Origin: Patescibacteria group bacterium
GTDB lineage: Bacteria; Patescibacteriota; Microgenomatia; UBA8517
DNA: 64,000 bases
Direction of reading: 5' to 3'
Assembly: GCA_035692185.1 (NCBI GenBank)
Contig: DASSIE010000028.1
Span: 4,922 to 68,921, forward strand
Shown one piece after another: positions 26,317 to 35,489 of this stretch (position 1 is the stretch's first letter; every line of letters starts with the position of its first letter). A program made the position numbers and the translations under genes. Under the pieces are notes generated by a model. The model did no database searches and was not told the DNA's origin. It saw only the letters and a program-made list of their open reading frames with translations.

Positions 26317-26369
26317 ATTTTATATTAACGCAAACCTTGCGGGAAAAGAAGTGGTACAATAGCTTTACA

Positions 26370-26639
26370 ATGCCCAAATTAATACACAGAGTTAGAAAAC
26401 ATCTAACAAATCTCCAAAGAGAGATATCTAAACAGATGCTAACCTTGGCAACTTCTGCATTTGGGTTAATTGCGGCTCTTGCTTGGAACGAAGTCATAAA
26501 AGAAGTAGTTACGGAATTTATTAAACCAGTTTTGGGATCTAATTCTGGTGCAGTTTCACTGCTCATCTATGCGGTTTTAGTTACAATTCTAGCCGTTGCT
26601 ACAACTTATTACTTAACTAAGTTGGTGAAGAAAAATTAG
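26370..26639 (+). CDS. DUF5654-like small membrane protein
   Basis: TSAFGLIAALAWNEVIK motif; start set to ATG 26370. Confidence 0.75.
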   Translation: MPKLIHRVRKHLTNLQREISKQMLTLATSAFGLIAALAWNEVIKEVVTEFIKPVLGSNSGAVSLLIYAVLVTILAVATTYYLTKLVKKN

Positions 26640-26854
26640 TCATCATTCTGGCCATACACTTTTATAGGTTTGTCTTCTTTTAAATGAACTGACCCCGGCA
26701 TCTGTCCAAGTTTGGATTGGGCTGGAACCACGAGGGGTTTTGGTGACTGGGTTTCATTCTGGTCATCAAGTTCAACCAATATCCCAGTTGTAGCTTGATA
26801 TCTTTTTGTCGAGTTGCCATCGGCTACTTTTACTTTTGAAATTTTCTCTGCCAT
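26636..26854 (-). CDS. Hypothetical protein
   Basis: 72-aa ORF directly downstream of recF. Confidence 0.5.
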   Translation of the reverse strand: MAEKISKVKVADGNSTKRYQATTGILVELDDQNETQSPKPLVVPAQSKLGQMPGSVHLKEDKPIKVYGQNDD

Positions 26855-26856
26855 TT

Positions 26857-27876
26857 TTACAGTTTAATTATACCCTTACTGTCAAAATTTTCCACAAAAT
26901 GTTCGTCTGCTGTTGTTATTATTGTTTGCTGTTTGGTTGCCACTTCCATAACAATGTCCCTATGTTCATGATCTAGTTCAGAAAAAATATCGTCCAAGAG
27001 AAGCGTGGGTCTCTCCCCAGCTTTTTCCTCGACGAAATTAAGTTCTGCCATCTTAAGCCATAAAATTCCCATCCTCTGCTCACCACGGCTTCCAAAGGAA
27101 GCCAAATTTCTGCCTTCAAAGACGAAGGTAAAATCATCTCTGTGCGGACCAACAAGAGTTGTAGCAGAAGCCACTTCTTCATTTTTATATTGCTCGAGTC
27201 TACCCTCGGAAATTGCACTTGGGTCATATTCTAGTTGTAAATTGTGGATTGATAACTGGTTAGACTTATCGTTTACAAACTCTATAAATTCGCGCCTGTG
27301 ATTACTTATATAATCCCCATTTTTAATTAGTAACTGATTCCAAAAAAGAAGTTGACTGCGGGAGGCGCCATTTTCCCGAATATTAAAAAGTAGCCTATTT
27401 CTTTGTCTTAAACCTTTTTCATAGGAAAGGAAGTTTCTTCTATATTCCCTATCAGTTTGGGAAAGAATTGTATCCAAAAATTTTCTTCGAAGAGATGGGG
27501 TTTCAGTAACCAAATCCATATCCCACGGGCCGAATAAAACTGTTTTGAAGTTTCCCGCAAAATCAATTAGCCTTTTTGGAACTCCGTTTACAAGAAGTCT
27601 CTTTTTTGGCCAACCATTCTCACCTTTCGTGATAATTCCTTCCAATTTAACATCGCCAATATCACCTGATATGCGAGCCAGTTCTTGATTATACCTCAAC
27701 ATTTCTCCTTCAACTTTTGCCTTAAAACTTTTTCCGGTAGAAAGAAGCGAAAGAGACTCTAGAATATTGGTTTTTCCAACCGCGTTGTCTCCAACAATTA
27801 CAGTAATGCCATCTGAAAATTCCAAACTTTTCTTTTTGAAGTTTCTAAAATTTTGAAGGTCTAACTTTGCAATCAT
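26857..27876 (-). CDS. recF: DNA replication/repair protein RecF
   Basis: NFRN, GDNAVGKTNILE, GPHRDD, SRGEQR, LLLDDIFSELD. Confidence 0.95.
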   Translation of the reverse strand: MIAKLDLQNFRNFKKKSLEFSDGITVIVGDNAVGKTNILESLSLLSTGKSFKAKVEGEMLRYNQELARISGDIGDVKLEGIITKGENGWPKKRLLVNGVPKRLIDFAGNFKTVLFGPWDMDLVTETPSLRRKFLDTILSQTDREYRRNFLSYEKGLRQRNRLLFNIRENGASRSQLLFWNQLLIKNGDYISNHRREFIEFVNDKSNQLSIHNLQLEYDPSAISEGRLEQYKNEEVASATTLVGPHRDDFTFVFEGRNLASFGSRGEQRMGILWLKMAELNFVEEKAGERPTLLLDDIFSELDHEHRDIVMEVATKQQTIITTADEHFVENFDSKGIIKL

Positions 27877-27891
27877 ACGGCCAAGTATATA

Positions 27892-28761
27892 CTAGGCCTG
27901 GCAAACCGGGCAAACATAAGTTCCACGGCCTCCAAGAAAATATTTTTCAAATACCGCTTTGTGACACCTCTCGCACGGTTCTCCTGTATGGCCGTATGCC
28001 AATGTATGATTTTGATACTGCCCTTCCCGTCCGTCAGGAGTAACAAAAGCAAGTTCGCTTGCTCCGCCATATTTAAGTCCTGCTTTAAGAACTGTTATTA
28101 TTGCTTCATACAATTCTTTTTGTTTTTTTGGTTGTAAGTCGTTAGCTGGTTGTCGGGGGTTGATGGCTGCAAGCCACAAAGCATCTGTTGCATAAATATT
28201 CCCGATTCCCCCCATTTTGGTTTGATCCATAATCACAATTTTCACTGGGCGTTTTGTTTTACTCAAAAGTTTTCTAAATAAGTCGAGCGTAAGGGCCTGC
28301 CCCGCAAAGCCTTTGGCGACGTGGGGTTCCGGGCCGAGTTTAACTATAAATTTTTCTTTTTCTACATCCTCTGTCTTTTCGACGCGGATCCAACCGAAGC
28401 GACGGACATCATTATAGTAAAGTTTGCCATCACGATCTAAATTAAAAACAACCAAAGTGTGCGGTCCCGGAATTCCACCAGTAACTTTTGATGAAAGTGC
28501 TGAAGGATTTTTTAAATTTGGTCCCCTGTAAATAAACTGACCTGTTAATTTTACGTGTGTGAGAATTGAATATTTATTATCTAGATCAATTACAGAAACT
28601 TTTCCAAACCTCCTCGTCCCAATTATTTTGCCACCAATAACATCCTTTGGGTTCTCGGCAAAAGTTTTCGGATTTCGTACTTCGATATTCTCGATAGTGT
28701 GTCCAATTAAAAATTTTCCTAACTGCAATTTCATTGTTTCAACTTCTGGTAATTCAGGCAT
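27892..28761 (-). CDS. mutM: Formamidopyrimidine-DNA glycosylase
   Basis: MPELPEVE, GIGNIYA, C-terminal CxxC...CxxCQ zinc finger. Confidence 0.95.
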   Translation of the reverse strand: MPELPEVETMKLQLGKFLIGHTIENIEVRNPKTFAENPKDVIGGKIIGTRRFGKVSVIDLDNKYSILTHVKLTGQFIYRGPNLKNPSALSSKVTGGIPGPHTLVVFNLDRDGKLYYNDVRRFGWIRVEKTEDVEKEKFIVKLGPEPHVAKGFAGQALTLDLFRKLLSKTKRPVKIVIMDQTKMGGIGNIYATDALWLAAINPRQPANDLQPKKQKELYEAIITVLKAGLKYGGASELAFVTPDGREGQYQNHTLAYGHTGEPCERCHKAVFEKYFLGGRGTYVCPVCQA

Positions 28762-28762
28762 G

Positions 28763-29320
28763 TTATAAAGTCCTTTTTGGTGTCATTAACACTCCCACAA
28801 ACGAAACTAAAGCCAACATACTCATAGCTAGAAAAAGCACACTAAATCCAAAATAAGTAACAAGTACACCTCCTAAAACAGTGGATAAGGCTACTAATAA
28901 ATTATTTATGATATTCCAATTTGAATAGTCCATAATTTCTTTGTGACCATCTAAATGTTTTGCAAAAATTGCGTTCCATGCAGGGGTACCAAGTGCTTCT
29001 CCTAATCCTAAAATAATTTGTACAATAATTAGTCCGGTAATATTTGTAACAAATAAATACCCCAGCCAAGCAATGCTTCTTACTAAAAACCCTCCAGCTA
29101 ATAGATATTCCTTTTCTTTGATTTTGTCACCATATTTAGCTACGAAGTACATAAATAAAGTTGAAGATATCATGAAGACTGCCCACGACAAACTGACTGT
29201 AACTATCTTATTATCAAAACCTTGAACATAAATTGCATAAAGTGGGCCAAATAAGGATCCACCAAAAACAAAAATCGAATTCAATGTAAATAAAGTTCTA
29301 AGTGATTTATTTATTTGCAT
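28763..29320 (-). CDS. Half-size (six-TM) MFS-like transporter
   Basis: KYGDKIKEK (motif A-like), QIILGLGEA..TPAW; only ~185 aa. Confidence 0.7.
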   Translation of the reverse strand: MQINKSLRTLFTLNSIFVFGGSLFGPLYAIYVQGFDNKIVTVSLSWAVFMISSTLFMYFVAKYGDKIKEKEYLLAGGFLVRSIAWLGYLFVTNITGLIIVQIILGLGEALGTPAWNAIFAKHLDGHKEIMDYSNWNIINNLLVALSTVLGGVLVTYFGFSVLFLAMSMLALVSFVGVLMTPKRTL

Positions 29321-30416
29321 GTTTGTTAACAAATTCTAACATTTCTTTTTTAAAACGCTCTTTAGAAAATCTCATAGAATTTTCGATTATTTTATTTTTA
29401 TTCCATTTTGTTCTTTCTATTTTTTTGATAGCACTGTTTAATTCATCTTTATTTATTTCATTAATAAAGACTCCGGTGACGCCGTCTACAATTGTCTCTT
29501 TAAATCCTCCCCCATTAAAGGCGATTACTGGTGTTCCCGCAGCTTGAGATTCAACTACTGTCATTCCAAAGTCTTCATTTTTTGCGAGCGCCACAAATGC
29601 TTTTGCCTTTGCCATTAAAATAAATTTTTCTTCATCACTCACGAAACCCAACATCTCTACATTTCCTTTTGAATTTTTTAATTTCTCTTTAACATCAGAA
29701 AATCCGTGAGCTTCTCCAACAATTTTAAGGTTAATTCCAAAATTTCCAAAAATATTTACGGCTTCCAATATTCCTTTAGCTCCAACCAGTCTCGAAACAA
29801 TTAAGTAAAAATTCTCTTTTTGGATATTTTTTGTTTGTTTAATAATTTCCTGGACATCAATTGGAGGGTTAATTACTGTTGAATCCCGATGGTAAAATCT
29901 AGAGATGCGTTGCGCGACCTCTTGTGAGTTCGCTATAAAATAATCAACTTTCTGAGCAGATTTAAAATCAAATTTTCGCATAAAATGTCCGACAATTTTT
30001 GCATAAATTTTAACAGGCCAATATTTAGTAAACCCCACCGAAGTTTCATAACCATAAAGCCAGCGTGGTGGTGTGTGGCAGTAAACAATTACTTTTGTTT
30101 TTTCACCAACCTTAAACCCTTTTGTTATGTACCAACTAGCGGAGGCAACAACTAAATCGTATTTTGACAAATCAAAACTTCCCCAAATAACTGGTGCTAA
30201 AAATCTTAGAGGGCTGTAAAGTTTTCCAATTTTAAGAATTGGTGCAAGAAAACTTTCAATTATTTTTTTGCCACGAAATTCCTTATCCGCTGTCGAATAT
30301 GCAACTTTGAAAGCAGTATAAATAGGGGCGTCAGGAAAAAGGTTTGAAAGTTCTTTTAAAACCCTTTCCGCTCCTCCGTATTCATTTATATAATCATGTA
30401 TAATTGCAACCTTCAT
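29307..30416 (-). CDS. GT4 family glycosyltransferase
   Basis: GGAERVL, YCHTPPR, EDFGMTVVESQAAGTPVI. Confidence 0.92.
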   Translation of the reverse strand: MKVAIIHDYINEYGGAERVLKELSNLFPDAPIYTAFKVAYSTADKEFRGKKIIESFLAPILKIGKLYSPLRFLAPVIWGSFDLSKYDLVVASASWYITKGFKVGEKTKVIVYCHTPPRWLYGYETSVGFTKYWPVKIYAKIVGHFMRKFDFKSAQKVDYFIANSQEVAQRISRFYHRDSTVINPPIDVQEIIKQTKNIQKENFYLIVSRLVGAKGILEAVNIFGNFGINLKIVGEAHGFSDVKEKLKNSKGNVEMLGFVSDEEKFILMAKAKAFVALAKNEDFGMTVVESQAAGTPVIAFNGGGFKETIVDGVTGVFINEINKDELNSAIKKIERTKWNKNKIIENSMRFSKERFKKEMLEFVNKHANK

Positions 30417-30422
30417 ATATTT

Positions 30423-31382
30423 TTAAAGTAGACTCATTTGTTTTTCATCTTCAATTTTTTTACTAACTGCAATAATTCTCTGGGTTAGGGTTTTGAACCC
30501 AAACTTTTCGGTAAACAATTTAATTACTTCAGGAGAACCCAGATTCCACTTTTCCATTTCATTAAAATCAATTTTAACAGGAACATTTGTTACTATAGTT
30601 GCGAGTTTAAAAGAAAGAAATCCTGATTCTTTTCCCTTTTCTAATTTTTCTTTAGTTTTGCCGGTAATTTTATCAAGATGCTTGTAAATATTTTCGAAAT
30701 CGCCATATTCACTTAAAAGTGTAATTGCAGTTTTCGGTCCAATTCCAGGAACTCCAAAATAATTATCTGATGCGTCCCCAACCAAACCTTTGTAATCAGG
30801 GATTAATTTTGGAACAACTCCCATCCGCTCCACAGTTTCTTTATCTCCGTATAATTTTGCGTTGATAAGCCCCGCAATAGGCATATATAGTTTTATTCCA
30901 AGTTTGTCATCTACCAACTGAAGGATATCTCGATCTCCTGTTGCGATTACAACCCCGTCAATAGTCGACAGACTACGGTCTACGGCTTTTTTATTGCTAT
31001 GGTCGGTAGTCTGTAGTCCGACAGCAGTACTAGCAATTGTTCCAATTACATCATCCGCTTCATATCCGCCCATTGAGTAAACAGGAATTTTGGCTGTTTT
31101 TAAAAACTCACGTGCTTTCACAAATTGGCTAACGAGTTCCATTACCATTGGAGGTCTTTGGGCTTGATATGTTGGTAGCTCCTTTTGCCTAAATGTTTTT
31201 TCTTTTTCGTCAAAACAAATGGCAAGATGTGTGGGTTTAACATCTTGAATAATTTTTAGAAGCATACTAACAAGTCCGTGGACAGCATTAATAGGTTCTC
31301 CTTTGGGGGTAGAAAGTGGTGGCATTGCATGAAACGCTCTGTGCATAATCGCATTTCCATCAACAATTACAAGTTTGCTCAT
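30423..31382 (-). CDS. Stand-alone 5'-3' exonuclease (Pol I N-terminal domain)
   Basis: VDGN..HRAFHA, YEADDVIGT, TGDRD..QL, GDASDN..GVPGIGPKTA; ends QMSLL (beta-clamp-binding-like motif). Confidence 0.9.
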   Translation of the reverse strand: MSKLVIVDGNAIMHRAFHAMPPLSTPKGEPINAVHGLVSMLLKIIQDVKPTHLAICFDEKEKTFRQKELPTYQAQRPPMVMELVSQFVKAREFLKTAKIPVYSMGGYEADDVIGTIASTAVGLQTTDHSNKKAVDRSLSTIDGVVIATGDRDILQLVDDKLGIKLYMPIAGLINAKLYGDKETVERMGVVPKLIPDYKGLVGDASDNYFGVPGIGPKTAITLLSEYGDFENIYKHLDKITGKTKEKLEKGKESGFLSFKLATIVTNVPVKIDFNEMEKWNLGSPEVIKLFTEKFGFKTLTQRIIAVSKKIEDEKQMSLL

Positions 31383-31403
31383 GTGCATATTGTATCAGAA
31401 GTA

Positions 31404-33281
31404 CTATTTTTTGACCCCAACTATCTTTTCAAATTCATCCCTATCTAAAGTCTCCTTTTCAAGAAGTTCTTTAGAAACTCTGTCTAACAATTTTCTCTTT
31501 TCTTTTATTAATTTTACGGCTTGTTTGTGACAAGCATCCAAAATCTTTTTAACTTCGTTGTCAATTTTCTCCATAAAAGATTGAGAATTCTTGGCCGACT
31601 CATACCACTCAGCTTGGCCAAAATCTCCCATTCCACTTTCATCCCCCAAATTAATAGTGCCTAAGTCGCTCATTCCCCATTCAGTAACCATTGCTTTTGC
31701 AATCCTTGTAGCTTGGGAAATATCGTTACTAGCTCCTGATGTCATTTCATTAAATACAATTTCTTCAGCTGCCCTGCCCCCAAGCATTACTGTAATTTGC
31801 TCCAAGAGTCTTGTTTTGGTCTCATGTGATCTTTCTGTAACTTGTGGAGTAAATGTGTGTCCCAGACTCATTCCACGAGCAACGATCGATATCCTATGAA
31901 CTGGGTCGGTGTGTGGCAAGAAATGGGAAAGAAGCCCGTGACCAGCTTCGTGGTAGGCAGTAATTTTTTTATCTTCATCGGTCTGAAGTCTCTTTTTAGC
32001 AGGTCCTAATTTAACTTTTGTTGCAGCTTCTTCAATATCTATCATTGTAATTTCAGTTTTGTCACTCCTTGCGGCTCCAATTGCAGATTCGTTTAACATG
32101 TTTTCAAGGTCCGCACCAGAAAACCCAACAGTACGGTCGGCAACACGACTCCAATCTATCTTTTTGCCTAATTTCTTGCCTCGTGCGTGAATTAACAAAA
32201 TTGCGAGTCTACCTTCTTTATCAGGCATATCCAGCACTACTCGCCTATCAAACCTTCCGGGTCTTAAAAGTGCGGGGTCTAACAAGTCACCTCGATTAGT
32301 AGCCGCTAGTACCACAACATTATCGTTTGGAGTAAAACCATCCATCTCAACTAAAATTTGGTTTAAAGTTTGCTCACGTTCATCGTGCCCGCCCATCATG
32401 CTTTTACCTCTTTGGCGGCCAATGGCATCAATCTCGTCAATAAAAATAATTGCCGGTGCTGCTGCTTTGGCTTGTCCAAATAAGTCTCGTACACGGGAAG
32501 CTCCCACTCCAACCAACATTTCCATAAACTCGCTTCCCGCCATACTAAAAAATGGAACACCAGCTTCTCCTGCTACGGCTTTTGCAAGAAGTGTTTTCCC
32601 AACTCCTGCTGGCCCAAAAAGAAGTGCTCCTTTAGGGGTTCGTGCACCCATTTTATTATATTTTGCTGGATTTTTTAAGAAATCAACTAATTCTTCGAGT
32701 TCCTTTTTGGCTTCATCTACCCCCGCAACGTCTTTAAAGGTCACGTCCTGTTTACCCTTTGCAAAAACTTTAGCTCTACTTCTTCCAAAAGAAAAGATAT
32801 CCTGTGCACCTTTGTTTTGAGCCTTCATGATATAGAAGAAGAATGCCCCCATCAATAATACTGGAATAAGTATCCCTGCTATTTCCCCAAAAGTTTTTGC
32901 GAGAGACTCATCAAGGACTGAAAATTTAACGGTTGACGGGTCAATTCCGGAATCTTTTAGCAAGTTTGAAAACCCTTCAACGCTCTCTTTTGTAGAAAGT
33001 TTGATACTACCGTCTTTGTAGTTTATAACCAATTTATCACTTTCGATCATTACTTTATCCACTTTGTTTTGTTTAACGTCAGACAAAACTTGGGATATAT
33101 CAACTTTATTAGAAGATCCGAACATTTGAAGACTGGTTATTATTATTGGAACGACAAAGAATATAACAAACAAAGCCCCAGCAATTGTCCAAAGATTTAT
33201 TTTTAATTTAACCTGAACTGGTTTTTTGTGTTTGGAGGCACTTTTACTTTCTTTTTGACTGAATAATTTTCTAGGATCCAT
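31404..33281 (-). CDS. ftsH: ATP-dependent zinc metalloprotease FtsH
   Basis: Two TM helices, GPAGVGKT, FIDEID, RPGRFDR, HEAGH. Confidence 0.97.
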   Translation of the reverse strand: MDPRKLFSQKESKSASKHKKPVQVKLKINLWTIAGALFVIFFVVPIIITSLQMFGSSNKVDISQVLSDVKQNKVDKVMIESDKLVINYKDGSIKLSTKESVEGFSNLLKDSGIDPSTVKFSVLDESLAKTFGEIAGILIPVLLMGAFFFYIMKAQNKGAQDIFSFGRSRAKVFAKGKQDVTFKDVAGVDEAKKELEELVDFLKNPAKYNKMGARTPKGALLFGPAGVGKTLLAKAVAGEAGVPFFSMAGSEFMEMLVGVGASRVRDLFGQAKAAAPAIIFIDEIDAIGRQRGKSMMGGHDEREQTLNQILVEMDGFTPNDNVVVLAATNRGDLLDPALLRPGRFDRRVVLDMPDKEGRLAILLIHARGKKLGKKIDWSRVADRTVGFSGADLENMLNESAIGAARSDKTEITMIDIEEAATKVKLGPAKKRLQTDEDKKITAYHEAGHGLLSHFLPHTDPVHRISIVARGMSLGHTFTPQVTERSHETKTRLLEQITVMLGGRAAEEIVFNEMTSGASNDISQATRIAKAMVTEWGMSDLGTINLGDESGMGDFGQAEWYESAKNSQSFMEKIDNEVKKILDACHKQAVKLIKEKRKLLDRVSKELLEKETLDRDEFEKIVGVKK

Positions 33282-33305
33282 ATCAAGAGCGTCAATTGTA
33301 CTACA

Positions 33306-33695
33306 TTACCTCACTTTTGTCCCGTTAGGAACGATCTCGGGAAGTTGGAAAAGGATTGTTGGAGTTTCTTCATCTTCTTTTGGTACCGCCATTATCATCA
33401 TAACTTCTGACAATTCTTTGTCTGGCCCAATAGTTCTGGGTTTTAAGTTAACAACAAATGGAAATTGTTTGCCCTCAAGTTCTTCTGGCTTAAAAAACTT
33501 CATAATTCCAGAGAAACAGACACGTGTTTCTCTGCCCTCCGAAGCTTCAGCGAAGGACGGGCCGAAATCAACAACCAACTTCATAACCCAATGGCTCCAT
33601 TCAGGAACATCGGCTTTTACAACTGTTCCAATTCGGATATCTACTGCCTCAAATTGATCGAAGGTTATGGTTTTATCATTCAGTATTTGATCCAT
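33306..33695 (-). CDS. tRNA-binding OB-fold protein (CsaA/Trbp111/MetRS C-terminal-like)
   Basis: ITFDQF..VDIRIGTV, VVNLKPR, SEVMM, PNGTKVR. Confidence 0.85.
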   Translation of the reverse strand: MDQILNDKTITFDQFEAVDIRIGTVVKADVPEWSHWVMKLVVDFGPSFAEASEGRETRVCFSGIMKFFKPEELEGKQFPFVVNLKPRTIGPDKELSEVMMIMAVPKEDEETPTILFQLPEIVPNGTKVR

Positions 33696-33707
33696 TGTGT
33701 GAAGGTT

Positions 33708-34709
33708 TTAAACCTTGAAATAATCTATCTTCATAGCTTTCCTTACCTTTTCCATTGTTTGTTTCGCAACTTCACGAGTTTTTGTTGTTCCTTCTTGTAA
33801 AATTTTATCCAACCTTGCCTCATCTTTTGTAAATTCTATTCTTCTTTCCCTGATCGGCTTTAAGAAATTATTGAGTGCAACAAAAAGTTTTTCTTTAACT
33901 TCAACGTCCCCCACCTGCCCTTTTTGATATCTATTTTTAAGATCTTTCACTTCTTCCTCATTTGGATTAAAAACATCATGATAAATAAAAACTGGGTTCC
34001 CTTCTATCTTGCCTGGATCTGTTGGGTGAATTCGACTAGGGTCTGTATACATTCCCATAACCTTCTTCTTGAGCTCCTCCTCGGAGTCACTCAAGTAAAT
34101 TGCATTTCCCAAACTTTTACCCATTTTGCTGTTTCCATCAATCCCTGGTAACCGTTTAACATCCCCAACCAAGGCTTCTGGTTCTACAAACACCTCACCA
34201 TATAAAGAATTAAACTTTCTTACAATTTCCCTGGTTTGCTCGATCATTGGCAATTGATCTTCCCCTACTGGAACCAAGTTAGCATTCAAAAAAGTGATGT
34301 CGGCGGCTTGTGAAACTGGGTACATTGCAAATCCTGCGGGAAGTGACTTCTCAAACCCTTTCTGTTTTATTTCATCTTTAACAGTTGGATTCCTTAACAC
34401 CCTCTCCAGAGTTACCAGATTAAGATAAAAAATAGTTAACTCGGCAATTTCAGGTATTAAAGACTGGATGAAAATTGTGGTTTTAGCAGGATCAATTCCA
34501 ACAGCAAGGTAATCAAGCAAAACTTCTTTTACGCTAGCTCTAACTTTTTCAGGATTATCAAAGTTATCAGTTAAGGCTTGAACGTCAGCAATCATCACAA
34601 ATTGTTCGTATTCATCTTGAAGTTTTACTCTATTTTTCAAGCTTCCTACAAAGTGTCCCAGATGCATTTTTCCTGTTGGTCTGTCACCGGTTAAAATTCG
34701 TTTCTTCAT
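33708..34709 (-). CDS. trpS: Tryptophan--tRNA ligase
   Basis: [25 protein letters not shown]. Confidence 0.96.
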   Translation of the reverse strand: MKKRILTGDRPTGKMHLGHFVGSLKNRVKLQDEYEQFVMIADVQALTDNFDNPEKVRASVKEVLLDYLAVGIDPAKTTIFIQSLIPEIAELTIFYLNLVTLERVLRNPTVKDEIKQKGFEKSLPAGFAMYPVSQAADITFLNANLVPVGEDQLPMIEQTREIVRKFNSLYGEVFVEPEALVGDVKRLPGIDGNSKMGKSLGNAIYLSDSEEELKKKVMGMYTDPSRIHPTDPGKIEGNPVFIYHDVFNPNEEEVKDLKNRYQKGQVGDVEVKEKLFVALNNFLKPIRERRIEFTKDEARLDKILQEGTTKTREVAKQTMEKVRKAMKIDYFKV

Positions 34710-34754
34710 ACTTATGCAATATTACTTCAGATGGGGCCAAATGTGAAGGACTTG

Positions 34755-34775
34755 GGTGGCTGGGGAGAGATTCGA
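34755..34775 (-). pseudogene. Orphan tRNA 3' fragment (T-loop to acceptor stem)
   Basis: Minus strand TCGAAT-CTCTC-CCCAGCC-A-CC; no matching 5' half nearby. Confidence 0.5.
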
Positions 34776-34822
34776 CAATTCTTTAGAATTGGTTACCTAT
34801 CTCGAGATCGCGGCGATCTGTG

Positions 34823-34894
34823 TGCCAATGGAAGGAGTCGGACCTTCGACTTTTCGCTTATGAAACGAACGCTCTACCGCTGAGCTACATTGGC
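34823..34894 (-). tRNA. tRNA-Met(CAU), probably elongator
   Basis: GCCAATGTAGCTCAGCGGTAGAGCGTTCGT-TTCATAA-GCGAA...CCTTCCATTGGCA. Confidence 0.9.
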
Positions 34895-34920
34895 TAGTCA
34901 AAAGAAGTCTTTACCTCGTG

Positions 34921-34990
34921 TTGCGGAGCCGGGAGTTGAACCCGGTCTGAGAGATTATGAGCCTCCCGTGCAGCCGTACACTACCCCGCA
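34921..34990 (-). tRNA. tRNA(CAU), initiator-like but atypical
   Basis: TGCGGGGTAGTGTACGGCTGCACGGGAGG-CTCATAA-TCTCT...GGTTCAACTCCCGGCTCCGCAA. Confidence 0.8.
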
Positions 34991-35016
34991 TGTATCTTAC
35001 AAGGCTAGATTATACC

Positions 35017-35406
35017 CTAAAAAAACAGTTTTTCCCATTTTTTCCAATTGGGGTCGGGTAAAGAGTCTGTTTGGTCATCAATTTTGGGGGCAAGTTTCCT
35101 TAACATTTCTTCATCAGGGAGCACCACTACAGCCTCCCCGGTTTTTACTAATCCTAATTTATTTCTAACCTCTTTTTCTATAAAATGGGTGGTTTGGGTG
35201 GCCTCTATTTGCTTTTCTAATCTTCGATTTTCTTCTTCAATTTTGACTAGCCTTTCTTGCTCATTTTTGATATTAGCCCTAACCGAGGCTACCTTACCAA
35301 TATTCCTAACAGTAGAAAGTGATAAAAGGCCTATAATTAGCCATATTCCATATCCTGTCCACTTTTTTAGGTAAAGGTTTGTGAAAGTAACGATCTTCTT
35401 TTCCAT
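35017..35406 (-). CDS. Septum formation initiator (FtsB/DivIC-like)
   Basis: TM helix plus coiled coil; IEKEVRNKLGLVKTGE. Confidence 0.8.
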   Translation of the reverse strand: MEKKIVTFTNLYLKKWTGYGIWLIIGLLSLSTVRNIGKVASVRANIKNEQERLVKIEEENRRLEKQIEATQTTHFIEKEVRNKLGLVKTGEAVVVLPDEEMLRKLAPKIDDQTDSLPDPNWKKWEKLFF

Positions 35407-35489
35407 TTTTAAATTACATCCTGTAATAATTGACTATTCTCATTTTAAGCGTATAATTAGATCTTGTCGAACTGTTTAACGTCTAAATT

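Noticed and set aside
34890-35168. ORF 34890..35168 (+)
   Set aside because: It is the antisense translation of tRNA-Met and the FtsB-like gene.
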